Below are positions 1-10,630 of a stretch of 64,000 nt of DNA, piece by piece. The DNA is from Candidatus Latescibacterota bacterium. Its GTDB lineage: Bacteria > Latescibacterota > UBA2968 > GCA-2709665. Every line of letters begins with the position of its first letter. Positions within the stretch are counted from its first letter, which is position 1. The notes under the pieces were generated by a model. It saw only the letters and a program-made list of their open reading frames with translations. It ran no database searches and had not been told where the DNA came from. Made by a program: the position numbers and the translations under genes. The DNA is taken from the NCBI GenBank assembly GCA_965219995.1, contig CBDCOX010000002.1:3008001-3072000 (forward strand). Reading direction: 5' to 3'.

Positions 1-553
1 GTCCCTGGACGTGGCGGACGCCGAGATCGATTTTCTTTCGGCCGACGCCCACAAATGGCTTCTGGGTCCGGAGGGAATCGGCGTCTTCTATTGCTCTTCC
101 CGCGCAAGGCAGCACCTGCGAGTGATGAATCTGGGCTGGGCGAACGTCGTGGATCCCAGGGACTTTCTGTCGTACGACGCCACGCTGTTGCCCGACGCCC
201 GTCGGTTTGAATGCGGCACGTTGAATACGGTTGGCATCCATGGGCTCGGCGCCGGTCTCGAACTCCTTCATCGCGTCGGCATCGAACGGATCGAAGCGAG
301 AGTGCTTTCGCTGACCGATCGGCTTTGTGCCGGCCTCGAGGAAAGAGGCTATGGCGTGCTCAGTTCCAGAGCATGCGGCGAAAAATCGGGCATCGTCGTC
401 TTCCGCCACCCCCGCATCGACACGGAAGCGGTTTTTCAGACGCTGTCCGACGCGCGGGTCGTTTGCGCGATCCGTGGGGGTCGCATCCGGCTGTCGCCGC
501 ATTTCTATAATACGGAAGAAGAAGCCGATCGCGTGCTGGATGCGATTCCGTGA
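1..553 (+). CDS. Class V PLP aminotransferase / cysteine desulfurase-like (5' truncated by window)
   Basis: SADAHKWLLGPEGIG PLP-lysine motif, RFECGTLN, C-terminal IRLSPHFYNTEEE. Confidence 0.85.
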   Translation, partial: SLDVADAEIDFLSADAHKWLLGPEGIGVFYCSSRARQHLRVMNLGWANVVDPRDFLSYDATLLPDARRFECGTLNTVGIHGLGAGLELLHRVGIERIEARVLSLTDRLCAGLEERGYGVLSSRACGEKSGIVVFRHPRIDTEAVFQTLSDARVVCAIRGGRIRLSPHFYNTEEEADRVLDAIP

Positions 554-561
554 AGGGGGAA

Positions 562-798
562 AGGCGGGGAGACGTTAGACGTAAGAGGGGAGATGATATG
601 AGTGCCCGTTCGGTATCATTTCTTGCCAGAGGCATAAAGGAGCAACCAATCGGGCAAAGATGTCATCTACCGTCTAACGTCTCCCGTCTCACCGGTTTTA
701 TTGCCCCGTGTGGTTTCATTTCTTGCCGGAGGCATAAAGATAGAACCAATCGGGCAAAGACGTCATCTACCGTCTTGCGTCTCACGTCTCACCGCCTT
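562..798. repeat. Heptamer-array bounded intergenic repeat with internal ~100-bp tandem duplication
   Basis: GAGACGT-type arrays at left, inverted ACGTCTC arrays at right; TCATTTCTTGCCRGAGGCATAAAG...CCAATCGGGCAAAGAYGTCATCTACCGTC occurs twice; inverted homologue at 60591-60822. Confidence 0.85.
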
Positions 799-842
799 TG
801 GCTGATCGCTGCTTTTCCTGGTGATTGGGGAGACTGGAGAGT

Positions 843-1262
843 ATGACGGGGAATGTCGCCGAAGGGGTCGAGGATGTTCTGGACGCATTGGAAAACGCCG
901 TGATCGACGGGGATTCCGATGCATTGGGAGAAATCCTGGATGAGGACGTCTGCGCGTTTTTTTCGGGTGGAGGTGCGCCGGTACGCGGACGGCAGGCCGT
1001 CCTTGCGACCTGGATACGACACTTCAGGCGCTGGTCTGACGTACGAATCCTGCGCAGGAAGACGGTGACGGAGACCCGAGGCACGGTGGCCTGGGGAGAC
1101 TTCCTGTGGGACGGCGAGGGCAGGATGAGCGGGCAACGCTACAGGCTTGAAGGCGAGCGGTGGACGGTGGTTCTGCGATGCGAGGACGGTTCCTGGCGGT
1201 TTGTACAGATGCATTCATCCATGCCATACAGGAATTGGGAAGCGCACCGGGTCAGCGGATGA
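843..1262 (+). CDS. SnoaL/NTF2-like fold protein
   Basis: GDSDALGEILDED, VRGRQAV, WTVVLRCEDGSWRFVQMHSS; GGAG RBS before ATG 843. Confidence 0.75.
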   Translation: MTGNVAEGVEDVLDALENAVIDGDSDALGEILDEDVCAFFSGGGAPVRGRQAVLATWIRHFRRWSDVRILRRKTVTETRGTVAWGDFLWDGEGRMSGQRYRLEGERWTVVLRCEDGSWRFVQMHSSMPYRNWEAHRVSG

Positions 1263-1339
1263 AAAAGCAGTAGATAGTGGTCAGTGGTCGGTGGATCGCG
1301 TCCGGCGTCGTCGAAGACGGATGATGAAAGAGGGCCTCT

Positions 1340-2458
1340 GTGGAGGAATTGCCGGAGACGATTCTGCAATTTGGCGGAGGCGGCTTTCTCCGGGCGTTCG
1401 CCGATGTCTTCGTACATGAAGCGAATGCCGGCGGTGAGGCCGTGGGGCGGATTGTGGTGGTTCAGTCCACCGCGGGCAACCGCGCCGCGCTGCTGAACGC
1501 GCAGGGCGGGCGCTACCACGTCGTTGTGAGGGGGTTGGCGGGCGGGGTCGAAATCGACAATACGCTCGCGGTTCGGAGTATCAGCAGGGCGCTGCTGGCG
1601 AAACGCGAATGGGACCGGGTGATCGAGGTCGCCCGGACGCCGTCCCTGCGCATGGTGATCTCCAATACGACGGAAGCGGGATATTCGCTGGTCGCCAACG
1701 ATGGACCCGAAACGCCCCACTCGTTCCCCGCCCGGCTGCTCTGCGTTCTTCATGCGCGGTACAGGGCCGGCCTGCCGGGACTGGCGGTGCTTCCCTGCGA
1801 GCTGGTGGCTCCGAACGGCGAACTGCTTCGGGACCTGGTGCTTTCCCAGGCCGACACCTGGCGTCTGGATGCGGGGCTTAAGGACTGGATCCGACGGGAC
1901 GTGCGATGGGTGAACACGCTGGTGGATCGAATCGTCAGCGGCAGGCCGGAAGCGCATCCGCTCCTGGAATCAGACGGTTTGCTGACGGCAGCGGAGCCGT
2001 ATGCGCTATGGGCGGTCGAGGCGGAACCGGGCGATCTCTTTCCGCATCCCTGTGTCCGGTTCGTCCGGGACGTGCGACCGTTTGCATTGCGGAAGGTGCG
2101 CATCCTGAACGGCGCGCATACGGCGCTGGTGTGCAGGGCGCTGCCGGAGGGATTGCGGACGGTCCGGGAGGCGGTCGGGAATCCGGTGGTCGGGCGGTGG
2201 CTGAAGCGCCTGGTTTTCGAGGAAATCGTACCCACGCTTCAGGACGTGGTGGAAGATGCGGGCGGGTTTGCCGAACAGGTGATGGAGCGATTCGCCAATC
2301 CCTTCCTGGACCACCGGCTCGAGGATATCGCGCTGCACCATGAAAAGAAGGTACGCGTCCGCCTGACGCCGACCTATAAGGCGTTTCTGAAGGCATTCGG
2401 GCGGCCGCCGGAGTTGCTGGAAAATATCCTTGCCCCGTTCATGAACACAAGGCGATGA
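1340..2458 (+). CDS. uxaB: Altronate/tagaturonate oxidoreductase (mannitol dehydrogenase family)
   Basis: ILQFGGGGFLRAFAD, ISNTTEAG, PCEL, NTLVDRIV, KVRILNGAHT, RFANPFLDHRLEDIAL. Confidence 0.8.
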   Translation: MEELPETILQFGGGGFLRAFADVFVHEANAGGEAVGRIVVVQSTAGNRAALLNAQGGRYHVVVRGLAGGVEIDNTLAVRSISRALLAKREWDRVIEVARTPSLRMVISNTTEAGYSLVANDGPETPHSFPARLLCVLHARYRAGLPGLAVLPCELVAPNGELLRDLVLSQADTWRLDAGLKDWIRRDVRWVNTLVDRIVSGRPEAHPLLESDGLLTAAEPYALWAVEAEPGDLFPHPCVRFVRDVRPFALRKVRILNGAHTALVCRALPEGLRTVREAVGNPVVGRWLKRLVFEEIVPTLQDVVEDAGGFAEQVMERFANPFLDHRLEDIALHHEKKVRVRLTPTYKAFLKAFGRPPELLENILAPFMNTRR

Positions 2459-2557
2459 TAGAGAGGAATTGGTATCGCCAGGCCGTATCGTTATCCCGGT
2501 TTAGCTGACGGCTGATTGCTGACAGCTTGACTCTGGATCAAGTCAAAGGAGGTGTTA

Positions 2558-3787
2558 ATGGATAACGCGGCACTCCTGGGCGGAACCCCCGTCCGGTCCG
2601 AACCGTTTCCGTCCTGGCCGCAGTCGGACGGACGCGACCTGGATCATTTGCGCGAGGTCCTGAAAACCAGCCTCTGGGGAGGCACGATTCATGGTCCGAG
2701 GGTGACGGCGTTCTGCGATGCTTTCGCAGAGTATTCGGATGCACGGCGCGGCGTGGGGATGGGCAGCTGTACGGCCGGGCTGGAGTTGTCCCTCCGGGCA
2801 TTCGGCGTCGGACCGGGTGACGAAGTCATCGTCCCGGCCTACACATTCATCGCAACGGCGCTGGCACCGCTGGCAGCGGGAGCGGACGTCGTCTTCGTGG
2901 ATATCGATCCCCGGACGCTCTGCGCAACGCCGGAGACCATCGAAAGCGCGATTTCCTCCCGCACCAAAGCGGTGATTCCCGTTCATTTCGCCGGTCACGC
3001 CGCGGACGTGGAAGGCATTCGGGCACTGGCCGACAGGCACGGGCTGAAGGTCGTATGGGACGCGGCCCATGCCCACACATCCGGATGGCGGGGCCGGATG
3101 CTGGGCGGTCCGGGCGACGTGGCGGTTTACAGTTTCAATCACGCCAAGAACCTGACGTGCGGCGAGGGAGGGATTGTGACCACCGACGACGAAGCGCTCG
3201 CGGACTTCCTGAAATTCACGCTTTCGACGTTTGGAAGGAAGAAAGGCCGGCCCTGGTACGAGCATCACCATCTGGGATTTTCCGATCCGCTGACCGAGTT
3301 TCAGGGCGCGATTCTGCAGGCGCAGTTCGAACGGCTGGATGAGCAGAGTCTCAAGCGCGAGGAGAATGCGAGGCTGCTGATCCGGGGACTGGCGGAGGTT
3401 GACGGCATCGAACCGCCATACGTTGCTCCGGACGTCACCCGCCACGGCTGGCACGTGTTTGTGATGCGGTATGACGCAGACGCCTTTGGGGGGCTTCCGA
3501 AGGAGACCTTTCGCAGCGCGCTCGAAGCGGAGGGCATCCCGAACGGCGGGTATACGTATCCGTTGTACGACAACCCCATGTTCAACCTGGAAACGGGCGA
3601 GGTCGCCGGCGCACAGGGCAGGTGCCGCGCGATGCCCTGTCCGGTGAGTGAATGGGCGTGCCGGGACGGCGTTTTCAATATCGCGCAATCGGTGTTGCTG
3701 GATGATCCCGACGGCATGAACGATATCGTGGCCGCCATCGAAAAGGTGAAAGCCAATGCCGACGCCCTTGTGGACTGGAAGGAGTGA
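2558..3787 (+). CDS. DegT/DnrJ/EryC1/StrS family aminotransferase
   Basis: GDEVIVPAYTFIAT, IPVHFAG, DAAHAH, SFNHAKNLTCGEGG; AAGGAGG RBS. Confidence 0.9.
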   Translation: MDNAALLGGTPVRSEPFPSWPQSDGRDLDHLREVLKTSLWGGTIHGPRVTAFCDAFAEYSDARRGVGMGSCTAGLELSLRAFGVGPGDEVIVPAYTFIATALAPLAAGADVVFVDIDPRTLCATPETIESAISSRTKAVIPVHFAGHAADVEGIRALADRHGLKVVWDAAHAHTSGWRGRMLGGPGDVAVYSFNHAKNLTCGEGGIVTTDDEALADFLKFTLSTFGRKKGRPWYEHHHLGFSDPLTEFQGAILQAQFERLDEQSLKREENARLLIRGLAEVDGIEPPYVAPDVTRHGWHVFVMRYDADAFGGLPKETFRSALEAEGIPNGGYTYPLYDNPMFNLETGEVAGAQGRCRAMPCPVSEWACRDGVFNIAQSVLLDDPDGMNDIVAAIEKVKANADALVDWKE

Positions 3788-3790
3788 ACG

Positions 3791-4606
3791 ATGGCGGAGA
3801 AGGTTGCTCTGACGTTATCCCAGCGCTTTCATTTCGACACGTACGGATACGTCCTGCTCGAAGACGCGTTGACCGCGAACGAGGTGGAACGGTTGAGAGC
3901 GGCGCTGTACCGCCTGAAAGCCAACCCCGCGGCCGCACCGCAGGTTTATACTCGACCGAGGGGCGACCACCACGTGCTGTTTGGAAATCTGGTGGAGTTC
4001 GACCCCGCCCTGCTGGCATATGCGGCCCATCCCGGGCTGGTTCCCCTGGTGGAAGAGGTGGTGGGCGGCGCCGTGCGGCTGGAGGAGACGGAGGCGATCA
4101 TCAACCGGCGGGACCCGAACGCGGATCTGGACCAACTTCGGAAACGCAGGACCAACCCCACGGGTTTCCACAGGGGAACGACGGCGACCTGGGGCTGCTA
4201 TACGGAGCAGGACCGGTACCACTGTGTCTTTGTGAAGACGCTTGCGTACCTGACGGACGTGGGGCCGGATGACGGCGGCACCTGTCTGATTCCCGGCAGC
4301 CACCGGCTGACGTGGCCTCGTGAGGAAATGGTCCTGGCGGCCATGGACGACGAGCGGCTGATCCATCAGGTCGAGGCCAGGGCCGGATCGGTGCTCCTGT
4401 TCGGCGAGTCGTTGATTCACAGCACCACCGCGATTCGGAGCGATAAGGAACGGGTGATTCTGGTCGCGGGGTACACGCCGCCCATGCTCCGGGAGTGGAT
4501 GGGCAACGAAGTGAGTCCCGAATTCGTCGCGAGCCTGCCCGAATCCATACGCCCGCTGATTTCGGGCAGCGACAGCTGGAACTGGCGGCGGAACTACAAA
4601 CACTGA
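3791..4606 (+). CDS. Phytanoyl-CoA dioxygenase (PhyH) family protein
   Basis: FDTYGYVLLEDAL, YLTDVGPDDGGTCLIPGSH, AGSVLLFGESLIHS. Confidence 0.85.
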   Translation: MAEKVALTLSQRFHFDTYGYVLLEDALTANEVERLRAALYRLKANPAAAPQVYTRPRGDHHVLFGNLVEFDPALLAYAAHPGLVPLVEEVVGGAVRLEETEAIINRRDPNADLDQLRKRRTNPTGFHRGTTATWGCYTEQDRYHCVFVKTLAYLTDVGPDDGGTCLIPGSHRLTWPREEMVLAAMDDERLIHQVEARAGSVLLFGESLIHSTTAIRSDKERVILVAGYTPPMLREWMGNEVSPEFVASLPESIRPLISGSDSWNWRRNYKH

Positions 4607-4633
4607 TATCAATTCTTGCGAGGAGTTCTCACC

Positions 4634-5377
4634 ATGGCGGACGAGCGCGTATTCGTGGGGGATTTGACCCGGACGGAATTTCGAGAGCGGATGGAATCGG
4701 GAACGATTGAAGCGGCGATCGTCCCGACCGGCGCCACCGAGCAGCACAACGAACACCTGGAGATGATTCACGACGCGTTCCATGTGACCCACGTCGCGGA
4801 ACAGGCCGCCAGGCGGCTTCATCCCCGGGTTGTGGTGGCGTCACCCGTCAGCATTGGCGTATCGGAGCAGTGGATGGCGCACATCGGGACGCTGACGGTT
4901 CGGCCCGAAATCTTCTGCGAGTACGTTTACGACGTGTGCGATTCACTCCGGCGGGCGGGGATTCGGAACATTCTGATTCTGAACGGCCACGGGGGCAACG
5001 TGAAACCGATCATGCGCCGCATCGACGAGTACAGGGAGCGGCTGGGTGTGAATCTCCGGTTTCAGTCGTACTGGGACGTGTACGATCCCGCGCTGGTCTT
5101 TTCGACCATGGAGACCAGACGCCTTCCCGGACACGCATGTGAATACGAAACGTCGACGATGTTGGCGCTGGCGCCCGAACGGGTGCACGAGGCGGATATG
5201 GTCAATGAGGCTGCGGGGATGGCAACGAAGGAGAAAGGAGAGCGGCTGCTCGGTCCGGCGGTTGAGGGTGTTGCGGACGTGCTGAGCCGCATGATTGCGG
5301 GAAAGGCGGTGAACAGGCCACCGGTCACGTACGTGGACGGGCAGCGCATTCACATGGTAACCGGCGAACCGGTCTAG
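4634..5377 (+). CDS. Creatininase family protein
   Basis: IVPTGATEQHNEHL, ILNGHGGN, GHACEYETS, ATKEKGE. Confidence 0.85.
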   Translation: MADERVFVGDLTRTEFRERMESGTIEAAIVPTGATEQHNEHLEMIHDAFHVTHVAEQAARRLHPRVVVASPVSIGVSEQWMAHIGTLTVRPEIFCEYVYDVCDSLRRAGIRNILILNGHGGNVKPIMRRIDEYRERLGVNLRFQSYWDVYDPALVFSTMETRRLPGHACEYETSTMLALAPERVHEADMVNEAAGMATKEKGERLLGPAVEGVADVLSRMIAGKAVNRPPVTYVDGQRIHMVTGEPV

Positions 5378-5448
5378 TGTCCCATGGCGTTGCGCGGCAC
5401 GCCTGCACGCCTTGCCGACAGCGCGGTGGCGTGCGGGTATCCAAAAAA

Positions 5449-5523
5449 TGGAGCCGCCCGGGGGGTTCGAACCCCCGACCTACGGATTACAAATCCGTTG
5501 CTCTACCACTGAGCTAGGGCGGC
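5449..5523 (-). tRNA. tRNA-Thr (anticodon TGT), CCA encoded
   Basis: Reverse complement GCCGCCCTAGCTCAGTGGTAGAGCAACGGATTTGTAATCCGTAGGTCGGGGGTTCGAACCCCCCGGGCGGCTCCA folds as a cloverleaf with GTTCGA T-loop. Confidence 0.97.
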
Positions 5524-5608
5524 TTGAACTGACGACCTGTTTCGGCACATCTAAGCATTTAATGTGAGCGCCAGGCGGGGATACGGCCCGGACGACGCAC
5601 GCGATCCG

Positions 5609-7021
5609 TCATGAACGCTTCCAGACCGTCCCCTCCGGTGTGTCCTCCAGCGTGTAGCCCATTTCGGTGAACCGGTCCCGAATCTCGTCCGCCCGAGCCC
5701 AATTCCTCTCCTTCCTCGCGTGGTCGCGTTCCGCGATCAGCACCGCAAGGTCCTCCGGAAGTTCCTCTTCCCGGACATCGTCTGCAGCCCGGTCGAAAAC
5801 CCCCAGGACCTGATCGATTTCATCCAGAAAGCCGTCGACCAGGTCGGCGCCGTCCCGGTCCACTTGTCCCGCACGGAGCTGATCCTCCACCGCATTCACC
5901 ATCTCGAATACGGCGCTCATCGCACGCGGCGTGTTCAGATCGTCGTCCATAAACCTGACGAACCCCTCGCGAGCCGCGTCGACCTGCGACGTCACGTCCT
6001 CCCCCCCGCCCGTCCGGGTGACTTCGCTCAGCCTGCGCCTGAAGTTGTCCAACCTGCGCATGGTGCGCCGCGCGGCGTCAAGGACTTCCGCGGAGAAATT
6101 GAACGCGGTACGATAATGATTGCTCACCACCAGGTACCGGAACGCCCGCGCGTCATTGGGCGTATTCACGATATCCCGCACAGTCAGGAAATTGCCCAGG
6201 CTCTTGGACATCTTTTCGTCGTCGACGTTGATATGCGCGCCGTGCAGCCAGTAATTGACGAAGCGTTTTCCCGTGAACGCCTCGCTCTGCGCGATCTCGT
6301 TCTCATGGTGAGGAAAAATCAGGTCCACCGCCCCCGCGTGGATGTCGATGGTTTCCCCGAGATATCTGATGGACATGCACGAGCACTCCATGTGCCAGCC
6401 CGGCCTTCCCTTGCCCAGGTCCGTTTTCCAGAACACTTCTCCGTCTTCCGGTTTCCACGCCTTCCACAGCACGAAATCCCGCGCGTCTTCCTTGTTGTAT
6501 TTGTCCGTATCCACGCCGCTGGCCCCGGTCTGCAATCCTGAAACGTCCAGTTGCGCCAGTTTGCCGTACGAAGGAAAGCGCCGGATTGAAAAATACACGG
6601 ACCCGTTGTGTACGTATGCATAACCGTCTTCGATCATCCGCGAGATCATTTCCACCATTTCGGGTATGTGGTCCGTGGCCCGCGGCGTGTGGTCGGCCGG
6701 GAGGATGTTCAACGTCTCCATATCCTCGAAGAACGCGGCCGCGTATCGATCCGTGAGCGCCTTCAACGTAGTCTTTTCGTCGCGCACTTTACCGATAATA
6801 TTGTCGTCCACGTCCGTAATATTCATCACGTGGCAAACCCGATACCCCCGATAGGTCAGATAGCGCTTGATCAGGTCGAAAACGATGAATGTCTTGAAGT
6901 TCCCGATGTGGGAATAATCGTGAACCGTCGGCCCGCAACTGTAGAACGTGACCCTGCCCGGCCGGATCTCCTTGAACTCCTCTTTTTTCCGGGACAGACT
7001 GTTGAATAGTCGAACGGCCAT
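5609..7021 (-). CDS. cysS: Cysteine--tRNA ligase
   Basis: YSCGPTV, HIGN, GRPGWHMECS, DLIFPHHENEIAQ, KMSKS. Confidence 0.97.
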   Translation of the reverse strand: MAVRLFNSLSRKKEEFKEIRPGRVTFYSCGPTVHDYSHIGNFKTFIVFDLIKRYLTYRGYRVCHVMNITDVDDNIIGKVRDEKTTLKALTDRYAAAFFEDMETLNILPADHTPRATDHIPEMVEMISRMIEDGYAYVHNGSVYFSIRRFPSYGKLAQLDVSGLQTGASGVDTDKYNKEDARDFVLWKAWKPEDGEVFWKTDLGKGRPGWHMECSCMSIRYLGETIDIHAGAVDLIFPHHENEIAQSEAFTGKRFVNYWLHGAHINVDDEKMSKSLGNFLTVRDIVNTPNDARAFRYLVVSNHYRTAFNFSAEVLDAARRTMRRLDNFRRRLSEVTRTGGGEDVTSQVDAAREGFVRFMDDDLNTPRAMSAVFEMVNAVEDQLRAGQVDRDGADLVDGFLDEIDQVLGVFDRAADDVREEELPEDLAVLIAERDHARKERNWARADEIRDRFTEMGYTLEDTPEGTVWKRS

Positions 7022-7065
7022 TGACCTTCCCTCGTCCTTTCGTCCCGGAACCTTGTCGCACACGG

Positions 7066-8169
<1,104 letters not shown>

Positions 8170-8284
8170 CGACGAAACCCCGGATGACAATAGATTCTTG
8201 AGAAGCTGTTTTTAAATTAACGGCGAGTTATCGAGCGCGAACGAAAAAGCGGCGGTTGTAGGGCGCGAGAGACGCGCTCGGTCA

Positions 8285-8971
8285 TCAGGATCTGTCGGAT
8301 CCGGATTGTGTCGGCTCCCCGGGATCCTCTGGCGCTGCCCCGCGCTTCTTCCTTCGCCACAGCCAATACCCGATCCCGCCCGCAACCATCAGCACGAGAA
8401 TCACACGGTTATAGGCCCGCAGCACGTCGACCACGAGCCCCCAGTTTTCGCCCACCTTCAGTCCGAAATACACCAGCAGGCTGTTCCAGAGCAGTGTGCT
8501 GAGAACGACGTATACGGACATTCGAACCGGATGGATCCGGCTGATGCCGGCAACGATTCCGATAAATGCCCGTACGGTCGGCAAAAACCGGTTGAAGATC
8601 ACAATCCGATCGCCGTACCGCGAAAACCCCGCCTCCACCCGGGCCAGGTTCTTTTCCGTGAGAATCCGGGACTTGAAGCCCAGTAAAAACGCGCGTCCCT
8701 TCCAGTACGCCACCGCGTATACCAGCAGGCACCCCAATGTGCTGCCCAACCACATCGCCAGATACGCCGGCACCAGCCGGACAATACCCATACCGGCCAG
8801 ATACGCGCCGAATACGATCAGGGTATCTCCGGGAATCGGCGGGATCAGATTTTCCAGGAAAGCGCCGAGGAACAAGACAAAATAGATCAATTCCGGGGAC
8901 TGATCGTTCAGGAACGCCAGAAACTGTTCCCATACCTGCGAAAGGAAAGCAAGATCGAACGAAAAATCCAA
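8285..8971 (-). CDS. DedA family membrane protein
   Basis: FLENLIPPIPGD, RFLPTVR; TTG start at 8971 after AAGGAG (the longer ORF runs into a repeat). Confidence 0.85.
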   Translation of the reverse strand: MDFSFDLAFLSQVWEQFLAFLNDQSPELIYFVLFLGAFLENLIPPIPGDTLIVFGAYLAGMGIVRLVPAYLAMWLGSTLGCLLVYAVAYWKGRAFLLGFKSRILTEKNLARVEAGFSRYGDRIVIFNRFLPTVRAFIGIVAGISRIHPVRMSVYVVLSTLLWNSLLVYFGLKVGENWGLVVDVLRAYNRVILVLMVAGGIGYWLWRRKKRGAAPEDPGEPTQSGSDRS

Positions 8972-8993
8972 CCGACGCTCCTTGGAAGCTACT

Positions 8994-9245
8994 TGGCCTG
9001 AATCATTCACTGAACATGAACTTACATGGATGGACAGGATGAACAGGATAAAGACCAAGAGCAGGACAAATGCTCACGATTCCGAGCCAAACCGATAGAT
9101 CCTTACCTTGGTGGGCTACGAAACATCACCGTGACCAATCAACTTCGTAATTCATGAAATGCCGTCGCATAATACTTCGCTGAATTTATTGAAAAACAAC
9201 CCGTTATACATCAAAACCGTGGGTTTTCGTGAAGAATTCACCTTA
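8994..9245 (+). mobile_element. MITE-like repeat, family A (ACATGGATGGACAGGATGAACAGGAT type)
   Basis: High similarity over ~250 bp to 59597-59848; imperfect terminal inverted repeats CCTGAATCATTCAC / GTGAAGAATTCACC. Confidence 0.8.
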
Positions 9246-9401
9246 GCCCATTTAATTCAAAAAACGGAACTTACTATGGATGAACAGGAAATACCTGCAG
9301 GGTCACGCTGTTACGACACACGCCGTTTCGGTCCCATACCCTTTGTGTCTTTTGTGCTTTTTGTGGCCAATTTAACGGTTGCTTTTTTCGAATTGAGGTT
9401 A
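9244..9401 (+). mobile_element. Chimeric MITE remnant (family A left end, family B right end)
   Basis: Starts like 59351 (TTTAATTCAwAAAACGGAACTTAC); ends TTTGTGCTTTTTGTGGCC...CGAATTGAGGTTA like 24217 and 42034. Confidence 0.7.
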
Positions 9402-10604
9402 ACAGTCCGTTGACAGAGTTGCTGGGGAGGTCCCGGCGCCAGGCGAGACCAGCGCGACCGCCTGAGCGGCGATTCCCTCTTCTGCGCCCGCGAATCCAAG
9501 GCCTTCCGTCGTCGTTGCCTTCACCGACACGCGTTCCACCGGGATGCCGAGTGCACCGGCCATCTTCTTCCGCATGTCGATGATGTACGGAGCGAGCTTC
9601 GGGCGCTGCGCGATTATGGTAGCATCCACATTGACAATCTCGGCTCCGGCGTCGCTGACCAGGCCCGACACCCGCTTCAGGAGAACCAGACTCGAAATTC
9701 CGGCATACGCAGGGTCGGAGTCGGGGAAATGACCGCCGATATCGCCCAGACCCATCGCACCGAGAATTGCATCCGCAACCGCGTGAGAGATCACGTCGGC
9801 GTCGGAGTGCCCCTGAAGTCCCCGGTCGAACGGGACCCTCACCCCGCCCAGAATCAACGGCCGGCCGGCCGTCAGCCGATGGACGTCGTAACCCTGCCCC
9901 GCCCGCAGGTTCACGTTCGCGCTCCCGGCCCGGGATCTCAGGATCGATTCGGCCAACGCCAGATCCTCCTGCGCCGTAATTTTCAGATTGTCTTCCCGGC
10001 CGGTCACCACGTGTACCGGGGCATTCACCCGTTCGACGAGCGACGTGTCGTCCGTACCCACGTATCCCGATCGGGCCGCCGCATCGTGCGCCCGCCGCAA
10101 AATTGACGCGCGAAACGCCTGGGGCGTCTGTACCCGCCACATCCGCGACCGGTCCAGCGTCTGAAGCACGCGCCCGTTTTCGACCTCCTTGACGGTATCC
10201 GTTACGGGCGCGCCCAGCACCGCCGAGCCTTTGTCGCGCGCAAGATCGATGACAGCGTCGATCTGTCCGGGCAGTATCAGCGGCCTCGCGCCGTCGTGGA
10301 CCGCAATGACGCTCGCGTCGTCCGGCACCGCGCCGAGTCCCTGCGCAACGGAATCCTGGCGCTGGGCCCCGCCCTTCACGACGGCGGTGACCTTCCGGAT
10401 GCCCCAGCGGCGGACCATCTCGCGGCATCGGTCCACACGATCCGGCAGCGAGACAAGCACTACGCGGTCGACCTGACGCGCACGCTCGAATGCCGCCAGG
10501 GCATGGACGAGCACCGGACGCCCGGCCAGGCTCAGGAACTGCTTGGGCAGGACGTCCCCCATCCGGCGACCTGAGCCCGCGGCAAGCAGGATTGCGTAGA
10601 CCAT
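9399..10604 (-). CDS. ispDF: Bifunctional IspD/IspF
   Basis: AAGSGRRMG..PKQF, VHDGARP, QTPQAF; then GYDVHRL, GHSDADV, GDIGGHFPDSD, VKATTTEGLGF. Confidence 0.95.
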   Translation of the reverse strand: MVYAILLAAGSGRRMGDVLPKQFLSLAGRPVLVHALAAFERARQVDRVVLVSLPDRVDRCREMVRRWGIRKVTAVVKGGAQRQDSVAQGLGAVPDDASVIAVHDGARPLILPGQIDAVIDLARDKGSAVLGAPVTDTVKEVENGRVLQTLDRSRMWRVQTPQAFRASILRRAHDAAARSGYVGTDDTSLVERVNAPVHVVTGREDNLKITAQEDLALAESILRSRAGSANVNLRAGQGYDVHRLTAGRPLILGGVRVPFDRGLQGHSDADVISHAVADAILGAMGLGDIGGHFPDSDPAYAGISSLVLLKRVSGLVSDAGAEIVNVDATIIAQRPKLAPYIIDMRKKMAGALGIPVERVSVKATTTEGLGFAGAEEGIAAQAVALVSPGAGTSPATLSTDC

Positions 10605-10630
10605 AATGACCGACGATTCTTGATCGCACC

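Noticed and set aside
2558-5377. Three consecutive genes in one frame separated by TGA stops (possible readthrough polyprotein)
   Set aside because: Each is a complete, unrelated family with its own RBS; the TGAs are at protein ends, not conserved Cys positions.
5449-5523. tRNA-Thr as an island integration site
   Set aside because: No integrase and no duplicated tRNA 3' end seen in the window.
8200-8220. AGAAGCTGTTTT motif shared with 59847-59862
   Set aside because: Possibly an IS-end remnant, but too short and lacking a partner end.
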